A stretch of 33,158 nucleotides of DNA, from IMG/VR virus record IMGVR_UViG_3300029675_000033. One strand, written 5' to 3'. The notes beneath the pieces were generated by a model. It did no database searches and was not told the DNA's origin. It was given only the letters and a program-made list of their open reading frames with translations. Positions within the stretch are counted from its first letter, which is position 1. Each line of letters opens with the position of its first letter. The translations under genes were made by a program, and so were the position numbers. Origin of the DNA: a virus. This document shows positions 33,081 through 33,158 of this stretch, one piece after another.

Positions 33081-33158
33081 TGACCCGACCCCCAAAAGTT
33101 AGACCTAAAAAATCTAACTTTGGAGGTCGGTATTTTTATGTCAAAATACAGTTATGAA
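33081..33158. repeat. Right terminal inverted repeat (78 bp)
   Basis: Exact reverse complement of 1-78. Confidence 0.95.
33085..33138 (+). terminator. Intrinsic terminator after the lysis cassette (mirror copy of the 29-74 hairpin)
   Basis: The same ~18-bp stem as at 29-74, here followed on the plus strand by tattttta. Confidence 0.6.

Larger units (their letters stand above)
1..33158. mobile_element. Complete temperate siphovirus-type phage genome (prophage or viral contig): lysogeny, early, packaging, head, tail and lysis modules
   Basis: Canonical gene order: int, immA, repressor, divergent switch, cro-like, early genes, HNH, terS, terL, portal, protease, capsid, tail, lysis. A tRNA-derived att core sits beside int. 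The window ends fall exactly between the lysis cassette and att/int. Confidence 0.85.

Noticed and set aside
1-33158. Interpretation of the terminal inverted repeats as evidence for a protein-primed (phi29-like), telomere (N15-like) or transposable (Mu-like) phage.
   Set aside because: I could not recognise any family-B polymerase or terminal protein, protelomerase, or DDE transposase/MuB-like gene. The genome instead has a tyrosine integrase, a tRNA-type att core and HNH-terS-terL packaging genes.
1-33158. Search for CRISPR arrays, retron or DGR elements, rRNA and complete tRNA genes.
   Set aside because: No regularly spaced direct repeats, no reverse-transcriptase motif (YxDD) ORF, and no cloverleaf-complete tRNA were seen. 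The only tRNA-like sequence is the 3' fragment at 102-146.

Overview
This 33,158-bp window reads as one complete small temperate siphovirus-type phage genome, either a prophage or a viral contig. The host is probably a low-GC Firmicute, likely Clostridia-like: the DNA is AT-rich, ribosome-binding sites are of the GAGGTGA/AAGGAG type, the tRNA fragment encodes CCA, and there is a Spo0A_C-like gene and ChW-like wall-binding repeats.

Gene order, left to right:
- **1-208:** a 78-bp terminal repeat and the 3' fragment of a tRNA-Thr(CGU)-like gene (att core).
- **209-5097, all minus strand (lysogeny arm):** tyrosine integrase, hicAB toxin-antitoxin, a coiled-coil DUF4041/T5orf172 protein, ImmA-like metalloprotease, XRE repressor.
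- **5098-5260:** a divergent genetic switch with TTGAAC-N4-GTTCAA operators.
- **5261-16442, plus-strand early region:** Cro-like HTH, excisionase-like HTH, Spo0A_C-like protein, PcfJ-like and DUF3102-like proteins, an orphan N6-adenine methyltransferase, VRR-NUC nuclease, an HUH rolling-circle Rep-like protein and a sigma-region-4-like late regulator. Two opposite-strand moron genes interrupt it.
- **16553-31617, late module:** HNH endonuclease, TerS, TerL, HK97-type portal, ClpP-type prohead protease, major capsid, head-tail joining genes, major tail, tail chaperones with a canonical -1 frameshift site, tape measure, Dit, Tal and a BppU-like receptor-binding protein.
- **31621-33041:** lysis cassette (amidase endolysin plus two membrane proteins).
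- **33081-33158:** the inverted copy of the 78-bp terminal repeat.

No CRISPR array, rRNA, complete tRNA, reverse transcriptase or transposase was seen.

Most worth a second look:
1. The perfect 78-bp terminal inverted repeats, each an outward-facing terminator.
2. The int-proximal accessory island: hicAB, the DUF4041/T5orf172 coiled-coil protein, and two ORF-less promoter-terminator units that may be sRNAs.
3. The opposite-strand morons: a DUF2513-like gene with its own promoter, and a membrane protein in antiparallel overlap with a well-initiated plus-strand ORF.
4. A ~70-bp direct repeat bracketing the methyltransferase cassette.
5. An HUH Rep-like gene as the only recognisable replication function.
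6. The Spo0A_C-like gene and the PcfJ/PcfK-type genes.

All family assignments come from motif recognition by eye. No database search was run.
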